Source of the DNA: Octopus vulgaris
Lineage: Eukaryota
Assembly: GCA_951406725.2 (NCBI GenBank)
Contig: OX597831.1
Location: 67,580,001-67,644,000 of the forward strand
DNA length: 64,000 nt
Reading direction: 5' to 3'
Shown: piece after piece, positions 1 to 11,415 of the stretch
Layout of the letters: each line of letters starts with the position of its first letter
Position numbering within the stretch: position 1 is the stretch's first letter
Program-made: the position numbers and the translations under genes
The notes under the pieces: generated by a model
Told to the model about the DNA's origin: nothing
The model's input: the letters and a program-made list of their open reading frames with translations, nothing else
Database searches by the model: none

Positions 1-943
1 TTTTTTTTATTTTGTTTTGGATGTTATTTATCCACAGGGTTTGTTTGGGTGGTGGTACTCCTGTTTGGGCGGGTTTGGGTGAGTATCCAGCTTCTTTTGT
101 GGCTGCAGTGGCTGCTGCGTATATCAAGTCATTTAGTTCAGTGATATCACTTTTTTTTGTTTCAGTGGCTAGTTCAGTGACGGCTAGGTTTATGTTGTTT
201 ATAATTGGTGTTGTTATTGCGTTTATTTTTATTCTTGGGAGGTATGGTCGGTGGTCCATTTTGAGCTCTGTGGTTTGTAGTTCTTTGATTATTTTATTTT
301 TTATATTATCATAATCATTAGGCTCCCCTTCGTTGTTTACATCGTGTTTGTTGGGAATGTTGCGTTTGTCTTCGTGTTTTACAGTTTCAGTGTTTATATT
401 ATTGGGCATTGTTGTGTGGCTTCTATCTACATTTTCCTGGTGTATGTTTTCTTTTAGGTGTTCTATTTCTATTTCTGATATTTTTTTTGTGTTGAGAATG
501 TATCTTCGTACGTTAGCTAATTTATTAGGGTTCATTGCTGTATCCAAGTCTAAATCTCTATTATTTTCCTTCCATATTTTATATGTATGTGTTGTTGTAT
601 TTTCATTTTTTGGGTAGAGTACTGCTGTGAAGTATGCGTGTAAGATAGAAATGTATTCCTCACGTGTCCATTTACGTCTTTTAGGTTTTATTTGCGGGAC
701 ATGAGGTACAACGTCCGGCCCATTATTTTGACGGTCGTCATTTTCGTAGGGTACCAGTCCGTTTATTTCTGTTGTCACATTATTTCGCACGTGTAGTTTT
801 TCGTACATTTTTTGTTGTAGGTTTAATGTACGTACCGCTCGATTGTTATTCTTGGGTTGAATAGTATCGGTGGCATTTAATTTCTTCGTAGTTCCTTTGT
901 ACATGGTGTTTGGGGTCGGAGATGATCGTGATGTTTCACGCAT
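1..943 (-). CDS. N-terminal ~314 aa of an R4/Dong-clade non-LTR retrotransposon ORF (open, runs off the window start; not in the ORF track)
   Basis: Manual translation from ATG 943 is open to position 1. It includes KRRKWTREEYISILHAYF..IWKENN..KLANVRRYILNTKKISEIEIEHLK and RPYLPRIK..DITELNDLIYAAATAAT..G..W.NNIQNKIK, the N-terminal blocks typical of R4/Dong ORFs. Confidence 0.8.
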   Translation of the reverse strand, partial: MRETSRSSPTPNTMYKGTTKKLNATDTIQPKNNNRAVRTLNLQQKMYEKLHVRNNVTTEINGLVPYENDDRQNNGPDVVPHVPQIKPKRRKWTREEYISILHAYFTAVLYPKNENTTTHTYKIWKENNRDLDLDTAMNPNKLANVRRYILNTKKISEIEIEHLKENIHQENVDRSHTTMPNNINTETVKHEDKRNIPNKHDVNNEGEPNDYDNIKNKIIKELQTTELKMDHRPYLPRIKINAITTPIINNINLAVTELATETKKSDITELNDLIYAAATAATKEAGYSPKPAQTGVPPPKQTLWINNIQNKIKK

Positions 944-1145
944 GTTTACATGTGTTGCGTTAGAGGTGGAGATGATATCGAGTCAAAATACATCATTTTG
1001 TTTCGAAAATAGTAATAAATTTCAATTTGTATTACTTACTCGGATACAGTCCAATTCTTTGTTAGTAAAACTTTGGCTCCATAGGATGTCCTTGTTTTCG
1101 ATGTTTGTGGATAGGTTTCGGAGCTCTGAATTTTCCTTCTTACAT

Positions 1146-1223
1146 CTTAAAAGTCCCCCGGTGTTCTCCCTTAAAAGTCCCCCGGTGTTCTCCTTAAAAG
1201 TCCCCCGGTGTTCTCTTAAAAGT
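1146..1223. repeat. Three tandem 22-24 bp units (cttaaaagtcccccggtgttctcc) plus a partial unit
   Basis: Directly visible; each unit is one C shorter than the previous one. Confidence 0.95.
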
Positions 1224-1224
1224 C

Positions 1225-1296
<72 letters not shown>

Positions 1297-1620
1297 CGTT
1301 ATCGGCATCGCTATTATAATTATCATTATTACTACTAGTAGTAGCAGTAGTAATAGCAGCGGCAGTAGTAGCATTATTGGTAGTAGTGTTAGTATTAGCA
1401 GTGGTAGTGGAGGTGGTATTTGTGAAGTTATTATTGCAACCATTAGTAGTAGTGTTTGTGGTAGGAGTGTTAGTAGTAATATTATTTTCAGTAATGTTAA
1501 TATTGTTAATAGTTTTGGAGCTAGTATTAATATTATTGCTAGCCCTATTAGTAGTTGAAGTATATGTATTATTCGTTGCAGTGGTTATAATATAGTTAGT
1601 ATTGTTAGTATCACCATACT
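1224..1620. repeat. (TAT)n microsatellite followed by degenerate (TAG)/(TAT) low-complexity sequence
   Basis: Directly visible. Confidence 0.9.
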
Positions 1621-1779
1621 TATTAGTGTTTGCGTCGGTTTCAGCTGTGCCCCCGTTACCGTCATATTATGTATGTTTAAGTTATTTAAAGTGGTCAGGC
1701 CAGGGGTATTAGATATGTTTTTGCGATCGGTGTTAGTGTTTTCGTTGTGTGGGTCTGTGATAGGGTTGTATGTATTTAG

Positions 1780-2560
1780 ATAGTAGGAGCTAAGTTTACG
1801 TTTGTTAGATGAGACGATAATAGATTCTATATTTGTTGCAGATGAATAGGATAATTTCAAAGTGGATCTGTTAAAGATAGACTGGTACTTGAGAAATTAT
1901 ATTCTAATTTTTTTAAGGAATTCTTTAGCGAGGACCTTAACGTTTAAAGCGAATGGAGGTGTACACCAGAGAATAGATCTCCCGCCGCTTTTGTTAGGCA
2001 AGTTTGGGAAGGTGTAATTCCTAGTGAATGTTAGAAGAGAGTTGGAAGATTTAGTTTTAGTATTAGTGTTCTACGTGTTGATGCTAGGTGGGCGAGTTTG
2101 TCTAACAGTAGTAGAATGGTTTGAATTTCCAATATTTATGTGCGTTTGTCTAGGGATAAGTTTAGAGAGGTGTTCCTTAAGTCTAGTGTTGGATATAAAT
2201 CTAATCTTCTGGGAGAAACCACTAGCAGCTAGAGCTTGGTTGTAGTAATTGGCGTAGTTATTGAAGATTTCCTCAGTGGCGGATAGATCTAATGTGACAT
2301 CTAGAAAATTTGCTGCCATGTAAGAGTATTCAAAAGAGATATATAGGTTGAAGTTGTGAGGAATTTATGTAAGAGTTTTCTAGTTTTTTCTAATGCAGAT
2401 TTTGTTAGGCTAGTTGCAATTAATAATGCATCATCTCTATATAAACCTCCTTTGATGTGGAGGAATTGTATGTGGAGCTGTTGAAGGAGGTACAATCCGA
2501 CTAAATCCGTTACCTGAACAGAGTCGTATGAACCCATGGTTATATAAAAGAAGTTGTTTC
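1780..2560 (-). pseudogene. Decayed Penelope-like element reverse transcriptase (C-terminal half)
   Basis: Motifs in order: ITMGSYDSVQVTDLVGLYLL, GLYRDDAL, NFLDVTLDL, YNQALAASGF, RSILWCTPPF, KLSYSSATNIESIIVSSNKRKL. It has frameshifts and an internal deletion after FLDVTLDL. No GIY-YIG domain is visible. Confidence 0.8.
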
Positions 2561-2589
2561 TGTTATTAACATCTCCTTATTACGGAAGA

Positions 2590-4196
2590 AAGGGCACAAT
2601 ATCTTTTTTCCTCTTCCTCCCGGCAACTGATCATTACTCATCACTTACCTCGGTAGATGTGGACGGTCTAGCTTCCTCCGGCTCGCAATTCTCCTTCTCT
2701 ACTGTCTTCTCCGCCTCTCCCTGCTTCACTTCCTCCTCATCTGGAGCTTCCTCGTTAGGCTTCTCTTGCTGTTCCATTTGTTCATGCTGTTTTTTTTCGT
2801 GCTTCATGTTGAAGGGTCTGGGGGCACGTTTTCCTTATGTGCCACTTCAGTCTGCACTCGAAACATCTTGCAATTCTGCCTTGTACTGAGTCTCAGTTTT
2901 TTCTCACCCGGCAGAATTATAAATTCTGCAATTTGCTCCAGTTCGTCTGGTGTGGATTGAATTGTCGCCTGAAAACTCTTTCCACTCCAGTTCTGTACAT
3001 TTTTCACCTCGAACTCCAGCAGTGTCAACTCCCCCTTGATATTGGAGAAAGCAGCTGCTAGAAGCCACGCCGGTCTAATTTCAGGTGGATAACCTTCTAT
3101 TGCGATTTTTGTGGTTCTTTTGTGGACGGCAACGGAGTCAGCTCATTCGTCTGCAAGGTGATCGCGGAATCATCTCTAGCGACATTTTTTGCAAGAATTG
3201 CACCTCCATAGTACCGAATTTCTTTCCTCTTTTCATATATGCCAACTTGAACAAAATAAGCTTTAGGGCCTTTTCAGTTTCTTCGGTAGACGCTATCTCT
3301 ATTTTCTTTGTTTTAAGACACAGCAATCTATAAATTATCGTTCTTCTTGTTTCCTCCATGACATCCTTGCAGGGCCCAACCTAACCTTTGCTCCCTCTCC
3401 CCGCAGAATTGGTTGAAATATGTCCACGGATTCTAGCCTGATCTTGTATCTTCTTCGCTTACCTACCGCTACCGCATGATCTTCCACACTTTCTTCTGAG
3501 TCGCTTTCGTACTGCGAGTCGGCAATCTTCATGAGTTCCGTTACGACATACAAATAACCAGTCATTTTGTGCGGGCACAATTCTCACACAAACGCAAACA
3601 ATTCACCCCAAACAGAGGAACAACAAGAGAACCAAGCCCGTTCAGGCGAACTTGTCAAAAGACAGTTTTTGAACACGAGGTAGTTCCAAGAGGAACAACT
3701 GTAACAGGACAAAACAAGGATCTTTTCGGTTTGAACGGCAGTTTTTAACATAATTTCTAGGTAATTAAAAAATTTTAAACTTCGTATACTGGTAGAATGT
3801 GTTTATAAAACATCTTTTTCTCTTGGCTTTATTGAGAAAATTCTATAGTTTGTAAGATATTTGTTGTTCTTTTTCTTCAATTTCTGCAATTTCAAACAAT
3901 CACTGGCGTCTATTGAGGTAAAAAAAACATTCTGTGTCGTATGAATATGTCCCTCGTTTAAGAACCAGATTGGGTTTATTTACATTTGTGAAGAAAAAAG
4001 ATACCCTTTCCCCCACCCCTAACCCTAACCCTAAAACAAATTGAAATGCAATAGATCGATACTAGGGTCATAATTATGGGTGACAATTTCATATGAAACC
4101 GCTAGAAAAAACTGCCGTTCAAACCGAAAAGATCCCAAAACAAAAACTTCACTAATAAATAACCAACCGCAACACAAAGACGTACCTCGAAGACTT
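2590..4196 (-). mobile_element. ORF1-only Tx1/L1 derivative, unit A (3'-truncated; interrupted by MITE 3718-4135)
   Basis: Broken ORF1 (RRTIIYR..KRGKKFGTMEVQF..GYPPEIR..EFIILPG) homologous to ORF1 at 40989; paralogous to units B and C. Confidence 0.75.
3718..4135. mobile_element. TTAGGG-containing MITE copy 1
   Basis: ~28-bp TIR ggatcttttcggtttgaacggcagtttt; TSD caaaacaa on both sides. Confidence 0.95.
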
Positions 4197-6133
4197 AATT
4201 ATTTATTAACCACAAAGAGTCGAAACACAGAGGGGACAACAAAAGAACAGACAAAACACAAAAGTGGAAAAAAAAATTAAAATCGAATGAAAAGAATGTT
4301 AATGATAAAAAAAAATTGAATGACTTCTACACGTACTTCACACTCCAGTTAACGTGATTGAACGTTTTTATCAAATTTTTTAACAAGTGTTACTTTTTTT
4401 GCCTCTTTGTTCTTGCTGTGTGTTGCTCATGTTGTATACTAGCGTTCTTTTTTGGGGGTATCTTTTGTTTTCCAGCCTGTGTTTGTACTGTCCATTCCTC
4501 ATCATTTACCTCGGTAGATGTGGACGGTCCAGCTTTCCCCGGCGCTCAATTCTCCTTCTCTACTGTCTTCTCCGCCTCTTCCTGCTTCTCTTCCTCTTCA
4601 CCTGGAGCATCCTCGTTAGGCTTCTCTTGCTGTTCCATTTGTTCATGCTGATTTTTTTTCGTGCTTCAGGTTGAAGGGTCTGGGGGCACATTTTCCTTAT
4701 GTGCCACTTCAGTCCATACTCGAAACATCTTGCAATTCTGCCCTGTACTGAGTCTCAGTTTTTTCTCACCCGGCAGAATTATAAATTCTGCAATTTGCTC
4801 CAGTTCGTCTGGTGTGGATTGAATTGTCGCCTGAAAACTCTTTCCACACCAGTTCTGTACATTTTTCACCTCGAACTCCAGCAGTGTCACCTCCTTGATA
4901 TTGGAGAAAGCAGCTGCCATAAGCCATGCCAGTCTTATTTTAGGTGGATAACCTTCTACTGCGATTTTTGTGGTTCTTTTGCCAAGATATGACGGCAAAA
5001 GAGTCAGCTCATTCGTCTGCAGGGTGATCGTAGAATCATCTCTAGCGACGTTTTTTTTTTGCAAGAATTGCACCTCCATAGTACCGAATTTCTTTCCTCT
5101 TTTCATATATGCCAACTTGAACAAAATAAGCTTTAGGGTCTTTTCAGTTTCTCAGGTAGACGCTATCTCTATTTTCTTTGTTTTAAGACACAGCGATCTA
5201 TAATTTATCGTTCTTCTTGTTTCCTTCATGACTTCCTTGCGGGGAGTCAACTTCACCTTTACTCCCTCTCCCCGCAGAACTGTTTGAAAAATTTCCACGG
5301 ACTCTGTCCTGATCTTGTATCTTCTTCGCTTACCAACCGCTGCCGCATAATGTTCGACATCTCCTTCTGAGTCGCGGATCTTTTCGGTTTGAATGGCAAT
5401 TTTTTCTAGCGGTATCATATGAAATTGTCACCTATAATTATGACCCTAGAATCGATCTATTGCATTTCTATCTCTTTTAGGATTAGGGTTAGTTAGGGGT
5501 GGGGGAAGGGTATATTTTTTCTTCACAAATGTAAATAAACCCAATCTGTTTCTCAAACGAGGGACATATTCATACGGCACAGGATGCTTTTTCACTCATA
5601 TTCATACGGCACAGGATGCTTTTTCACTCATATTCATACGGCACAGGATGCTTTTTCACTCAATAGACGTCACTGATTGGTTGAAATTGCAGAAATTGAA
5701 GAAAAAACAACAACAAATATCTTACAAACTGTAGAATTTTCTCAATAAAGCCAAGAGAAAAAGATGTTTTATAAACACATTCTACCAGTATACGAAGTTT
5801 AAAAGTGTTTTGTCACGTGAAAAGTATTTTAAAAAACTGCCGTTCAAACCGAAAAGATCCTGAGTCGCTTTCGTACTGCGAGTCGGCACTCTCCATGAGC
5901 TCTGCCACGTCATACAAATCCCTAGTCATTTTGTGCGGGCACAATTCCCACACAAAACGTAAACAAGTCGCCCCTAACGGGGAACAGGGGAGAAAGCCTA
6001 GCCTGTTCAGGCGAACAATGTATTAAAAGACACTTATAGTTTTTAAATACAAGGTAGTCCCAAAAGGGAACACGACGTCAAACAACTAATAAATAACCAA
6101 CCGAAACACACAGGCGTACCTCGCCGACTGCTA
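4197..6133 (-). mobile_element. ORF1-only Tx1/L1 derivative, unit B (complete: 5'UTR, decayed ORF1 from ~5896, 3'UTR, tail; interrupted by MITE 5376-5860)
   Basis: ORF1 fragments at 5152-5418 and 4666-5124. Tail ttgtcccctctgtgtttcgactctttgtggttaataaa at ~4240-4200. No EN or RT sequence between ORF1 and tail. Confidence 0.75.
5376..5860. mobile_element. TTAGGG-containing MITE copy 2 (internal 32-bp triplication at ~5566-5660)
   Basis: Same TIRs; TSD tgagtcgc; the paralogous empty site is present in unit A at ~3497. Confidence 0.95.
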
Positions 6134-7116
6134 TTTTTTTTATCAACCACACAGAGTCGAACACAGGTGACAGCACAAAGACAGACAAAACACAAAAGTC
6201 GGGAAAAATAAAATCGAATGAAAAGAATGGTAATCATAAATGAAAAGATGGAACGACGTCAACTCGGACCCTACAGTACACGTAATGTCACTCAACATTT
6301 TTGAAAAAAATTTTAAACAGATATTTTATTTTTGTCTCTTAGGTCTTGCTGTGTGTTGCTTGTGTTGTATATCCAGTATTCTTCTTTAGGGAAACTTTTT
6401 CTGTCGGTGTTTGTAATGTTTTTGTCAGCATTCGTATCTGTTCTTGTGCGTTTATTTTGTTGTCTCTTTGTCCTTGCTGTGTGTTGCTTGTGTTGTACAT
6501 TCGGTATTCTTTATTTTGGTATGTTTTTCCTTTTTGTTGTCTGTGTTAGTATTGTCTTTTGTCTACGTTCTTATCGGTTCTTGTGCATTCGTTTTTAGCT
6601 TTTTGTGTTTGTTGGAGTAAGAGAACTTTTTTCCTCTTCCTCCCTGCAACTGATCATTCTTCATCACTTACCTCGGTAGATGTGGACGGTCCAGCTTTCC
6701 CCGGCGCTAAATTCTCCTTCTCTACTGTCTTCTCCGCCTCTTCCACCTCACCTGGAGCTTCCTCGTTAGGCTTCTCTTCTTATTCCTTTAGTTCATCCTC
6801 CTTTTTTCTTTGTGCTTCATGTTGAAGGGACTGAGTGCACGTTTTCCTTGTGTGCCACTTCAGTTCGCACTCGAAACATCTTGTGATTTTACTTTGGACT
6901 GAGACTCAGTTTTTTCTCATTCGGCAGAATTATAAATTCTGCAATTTGCTCCAGTTCGTCTGGTGTGGATTGAATTGTCGCCTGAAAACTCTTTCCACAC
7001 CAGTTCTGTACATTTTTTCACCTCGAACTCCAGCAGTGTCACCTCTTTCTTGATACTGGAGCAAGCGGCTGCCAGAAGCCACGCCAGTCTAATTTCAGGT
7101 GGATAACCTTCTATTG
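6134..7116 (-). mobile_element. ORF1-only Tx1/L1 derivative, unit C (5'-truncated)
   Basis: Intact CCHC knuckle CFECELKWHTRKTC (~6876-6835), acidic/basic C-terminus, 3'UTR, and tail ending in A8 at 6141-6134. Confidence 0.75.
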
Positions 7117-7276
7117 TGAAGGAGTGAAAACCCAGGTTCAAAATTTCCCCAAGACACCCGAGGAAAGCTGGAGGGTATATCAGCCGAAACATTATGCTAA
7201 CAACAAACAAGATAAGGACAAATATCAGTCAAATGTAAATAATGTACATAATTACTCATCTCTTAAATATAGAACT
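7117..7276 (+). mobile_element. Short Penelope-type repeat with a degenerate hammerhead motif
   Basis: gacac-CCGAGGA-aagctg..cagcc-GAAAC-att-atg resembles a mutated CUGAnGA/stem II/GAAAC type I hammerhead. Confidence 0.45.
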
Positions 7277-7899
7277 GCATTACACAGATGTAGTTTACGA
7301 GATTGCGCTTAAGTACGCCTGTGTGTTTTTCAGTAAACACAATTCCATTCTCGTTCTCGTTTTTAAAATTACAGTGTAAATACAAATGCGCAATCCAATG
7401 GTCCCCACTTAAACGTGGATGTTCTATGAGAACAAAATTTACTATGGTAGTTGCCATGAGAGAAACTGCCGCATTAGCTTTTTGGTGCAAAATGCACTCT
7501 TGTTTATATCGCTAGCGGGGGCATAAATCTCCGCGGGAGCATAAAGCGCCGAGACCACCAGATCATGTGATTTCGACCTTGTTTGGTTATGTCAATGATG
7601 GACATAGAGACAGCAATCGATATATCGCTGCTAGCGATATATAAATTGACAGCGCCAAAACAAGCCCTGGTGCCGCAATTAGCCAGTTAGCTCGTTACAA
7701 AATATCCTCTGTGTGAAAAGTCTGGCTGCATACACGTTAGTCAGGTGCATACAATTGACAACACAGTTAATTAAGATTTATTCAGTAAGTTCTATTCAAC
7801 ACATGTTTACACGTGGAATTAGCAAAATCATTATTAACTTTAGATGGCTCGCAGGCGAGGTGAACAAATTAGTGAGAGAGATAGACTGGCAATACTTCT

Positions 7900-9130
7900 A
7901 CGCTACTAGCAAATTAAAGATGGGGTCGCAAATGAAACAGTGAGTGATCTTTGCAATGCCTTTCAAGTAGACCGCAATAAACCAGCACGAATTTATAAAA
8001 ATGCGACTCTTCGAGGAACAATACAGCCAAAACAGCGTTCTGGGTGACCAAGCCTTGTCAAAAATGCTGCTATGCAAAAAAGAATGGTCAATGCTATTCG
8101 TGAAAGGCGTACTGCAACCAGTAGACAACTTGGTAGAAACAACATCAAACTCGTGTTCGGCATCAAATAGTTGACTGTCGTGATGGTAACAGATTCGTGT
8201 AATAAATTTTGTGTTTACTTTTGTTTCATAATATATAGTTTTTCGGATGCAGCCAGACTTTTCACACATATCTTTTAGCAATTTCCTCGTGTTTTGATAT
8301 GAATGTTCAATATAAATATATGGAATGGACTGCTAGATGATTTGTACAAGGTTAAATTTGCTTTGCTATAATATTTGGAAAATGATGGGGTGTTGTGAGT
8401 ATAATGCATTTTGTGCTTGAGGCTGTATGAGATATGGGGAGATAGTTTTAGAACACTTTCTAAAAGATGTCCATCAGTATGTTTTAAAAGTTCGAAATGC
8501 ATTTCTTCATCAATGGTTTTAGGATCTTTTCGGTTTGAACGGCAGTTTTTTCTACCGGTGTCATATGAAATTGTCACCCATAATTATGACCCTAGTATCG
8601 ATCTATTGCATTTCAATCTGTTTTAAGGTTAGGGTTAGTTAGGGTTAGGGGTGGGGGAAGGGTATATTTTTTCTTCACAAATGTAAATAAACCCAATCTG
8701 TTTCTTAAACGAGAGACATATTCATACGGCACAGAATGTTTTTTTTTTACCTCAATAGACGTCAGTGATTGGTTGAAATTGCAGAAATTGAAGAAAAAAA
8801 CAACAAATATCTTACAAATTATAGAATTTTCTCAATAAAGCCAAGAGAAAAAGATGTTTTATAAACACATTCTACCAATATACGAAGTTTAAAATTTTTT
8901 AGTTACCTAGAAATTATGTTAAAAACTGCCGTTCAAACCGAAAAGATCCATGGTTTTATATCTTTGTTCGTTGCTTGATGCTCTTAATTTAAGTAATTCA
9001 ATTTCTATTTTCATTTTCTCTGGCGCTAATTTCTCTCTTAGTTGTTTTTTGCAATTTAGGTTCTTCTGGAATTGGTTTTATCTGTAGTTTGTGTGGAAGG
9101 GCTAACAGTGCTGAGTTCATCCATCGCTGA
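7900..9130 (-). pseudogene. Possible very old LINE ORF2 C-terminal remnant (split by MITE copy 3)
   Basis: Only a weak zf-RVT-like string (GCSTPFTNSIDHSFLH..W) in ORF 7898-8281. Confidence 0.3.
8522..8949. mobile_element. TTAGGG-containing MITE copy 3
   Basis: Same TIRs; 9-bp TSD atggtttta. Confidence 0.95.
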
Positions 9131-9514
9131 AATATTTCTGCTTTATTATTATGCTCCAAAATGCGAATTTTTTAGCGTTTAAATTTTTGTTCGAAATATT
9201 AATGAGGTGGCTTTTAATTAAATGTGCTGATGTTGGTGTATTTTCATTTTGTGTTTCATTTTTTTAATGGTGGTGGTGGTGGTGATGGTGGTGGCGGGAA
9301 AATTTCCTTTTTCACATAATTTCCTCCCCTGCTTCTAATAATAACGATCGTTGATTGTCTCTCCTCAGATTTATTCGCCTCCTGATCCACTTACAAAATA
9401 TCCTTCCTCCTACTAACATGGAACGAAAACTTATGAAAGCATGGAATTGTTACATTATCACATTAATCATAATCAGCGTAAACGAAACCGGTCGTCTATG
9501 TAAATATTTTATTT

Positions 9515-9564
9515 CACACACACACATACATACACATACACGCATACACACACACACACACTCA

Positions 9565-9599
<35 letters not shown>

Positions 9600-9600
9600 T

Positions 9601-9666
<66 letters not shown>
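9515..9666. repeat. (CA)n microsatellite
   Basis: Directly visible. Confidence 0.95.
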
Positions 9667-10424
9667 TGGTCCAACACAAAATTTCTATACATTTCTCGTC
9701 TTTTATATTTTTCACTATAATTCACTACGTGGAATTTTTTCTCGAACCTTTCCACTTTACATACATACATACATACATGCACACATTTACAGTTTCTCTC
9801 AAATGCTTTAAAAGACACATGTACCCAAACATTCATGCATACACATGTATATAATATGTTCCTCAGTTGTTAATATTATTGATTATCATTTACATCGGTA
9901 TAACTTCATGTGCATGTTTACTTCTCCGTGAACATCACTGTTATTTCTGTTTGAGCCTTAATAACAAACTGATTTATTGATTCTTGTCGATAAAAGTTGT
10001 AAAAGAAAAATGTTTGATTATCTTCTTTTCGAGTCCAACGTAGTAATTTCCATAACGTGACTTAATCAATAACAAAGCAACTTTCAAAACTTGGAGATAT
10101 ACGTCATATAGCTATTAATTATGTCGCAAGATTTTCTTCATATTCCACCACTTGCAGAAGAAAAATAGAATACAGCAAATGTCCGACTGGTTTTATTCTA
10201 TAAGAGCTGACTGGAAATATAGAATTATTTAGGGTAAGAGAATTAATAGACGTTATTGCCAGAAATGTTAGAGATGAGAGTTCAAAGACCCTGGTCTGGG
10301 TAATGTTGTTATGGTGAAAAGGTACGAAATAATTATATATACTTTTTCGGAGGAGCGAATGTGATTTAGAAATTGAGAAAATCAATTAAGATGATTGAGA
10401 ATGGAGAGAATAAGAGAGAAATGA

Positions 10425-10477
<53 letters not shown>

Positions 10478-10991
10478 CTATGGGGAAAAATTAAATAAAT
10501 AAAAGAGAAAATGTAATTTCTGTAACAAAAATTGAGGAGAAATGACACAAGTTACTTAAGTTTTGTTTAGTTCTTATAAAAACGTACGTATGCATTTATG
10601 GATACGAATATGGCAATGGTCAAAAAGCTCTCTTCTTAATGATGTGGTTCAGTGTACGATCCATTGTGCAGCGCATTAGTCAAGAATTTCCTGCTATTGC
10701 ATTAGGTAGACCCAAGCACTGAGAGTGAAACTGGCAAAACAGAAACTGTGCAGATACCTTCGGAAGGATTACACCTGTAATTGAATGAGTCTTGTCTCAC
10801 ATACTGATTCTTCCATTTATATAATTTCAGTATGTGGAATATATGAAATTCTTGTCGGAACCTAATCAAAAATCCATTTACTTACTATATATATGTCAAT
10901 ATTCAGTTTATTTTAGAATTTCTTGCCAATAGAAAAAAGATCTAACATAGATCCAAGGCACCTTCATTGGAATTTCAACATCAACAACATG

Positions 10992-10996
10992 GTATG

Positions 10997-11030
<34 letters not shown>

Positions 11031-11130
11031 TGTATGTATGTATGTATGTATGTATGTATGTATGTATGTATGTATGTATGTGTGTATGTATGTATGTATG
11101 TATGTATGTATGTTTGTACGTATGTATGTA

Positions 11131-11161
<31 letters not shown>

Positions 11162-11220
11162 ATGTATGTATGTATGTATGTATGTATGTATGTATGTATG
11201 TGCCTGTCTGTCTGTGTCTC
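10992..11220. repeat. (TATG)n microsatellite
   Basis: Directly visible. Confidence 0.95.
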
Positions 11221-11415
11221 TGTTGAAAGGCTTCATACATTTTACTTGGCTCGAGTAATTCGCGCCCTTGGTCATCTACCAGAGATCGAATGGTGTTTTT
11301 TCTGATCTGGGTGGTGGAGGCGCAAGAGGGCAACAACGCCACCATTCGGTTTTTGGTAGATGAACAAGGGCGCGAATTACTCGAGCCAAGTAAAATGTGT
11401 GAGGCCATTAAACAG
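11221..11415. repeat. ~75-bp inverted duplication at the 5' junction of the old Tx1 copy
   Basis: 11221-11295 is the reverse complement of ~11340-11414 with several mismatches. Confidence 0.9.

Larger units (their letters stand above)
1..1223 (-). mobile_element. 5' portion of R4/Dong element including 5'UTR
   Basis: Contains the ORF above. Its 5' end abuts the (TAA)n tract at 1224-1297, the known Dong target repeat. Confidence 0.7.

Noticed and set aside
4010-4035. True telomere or chromosome-fusion relic from CCCTAA repeats
   Set aside because: All such tracts are internal to MITE copies.
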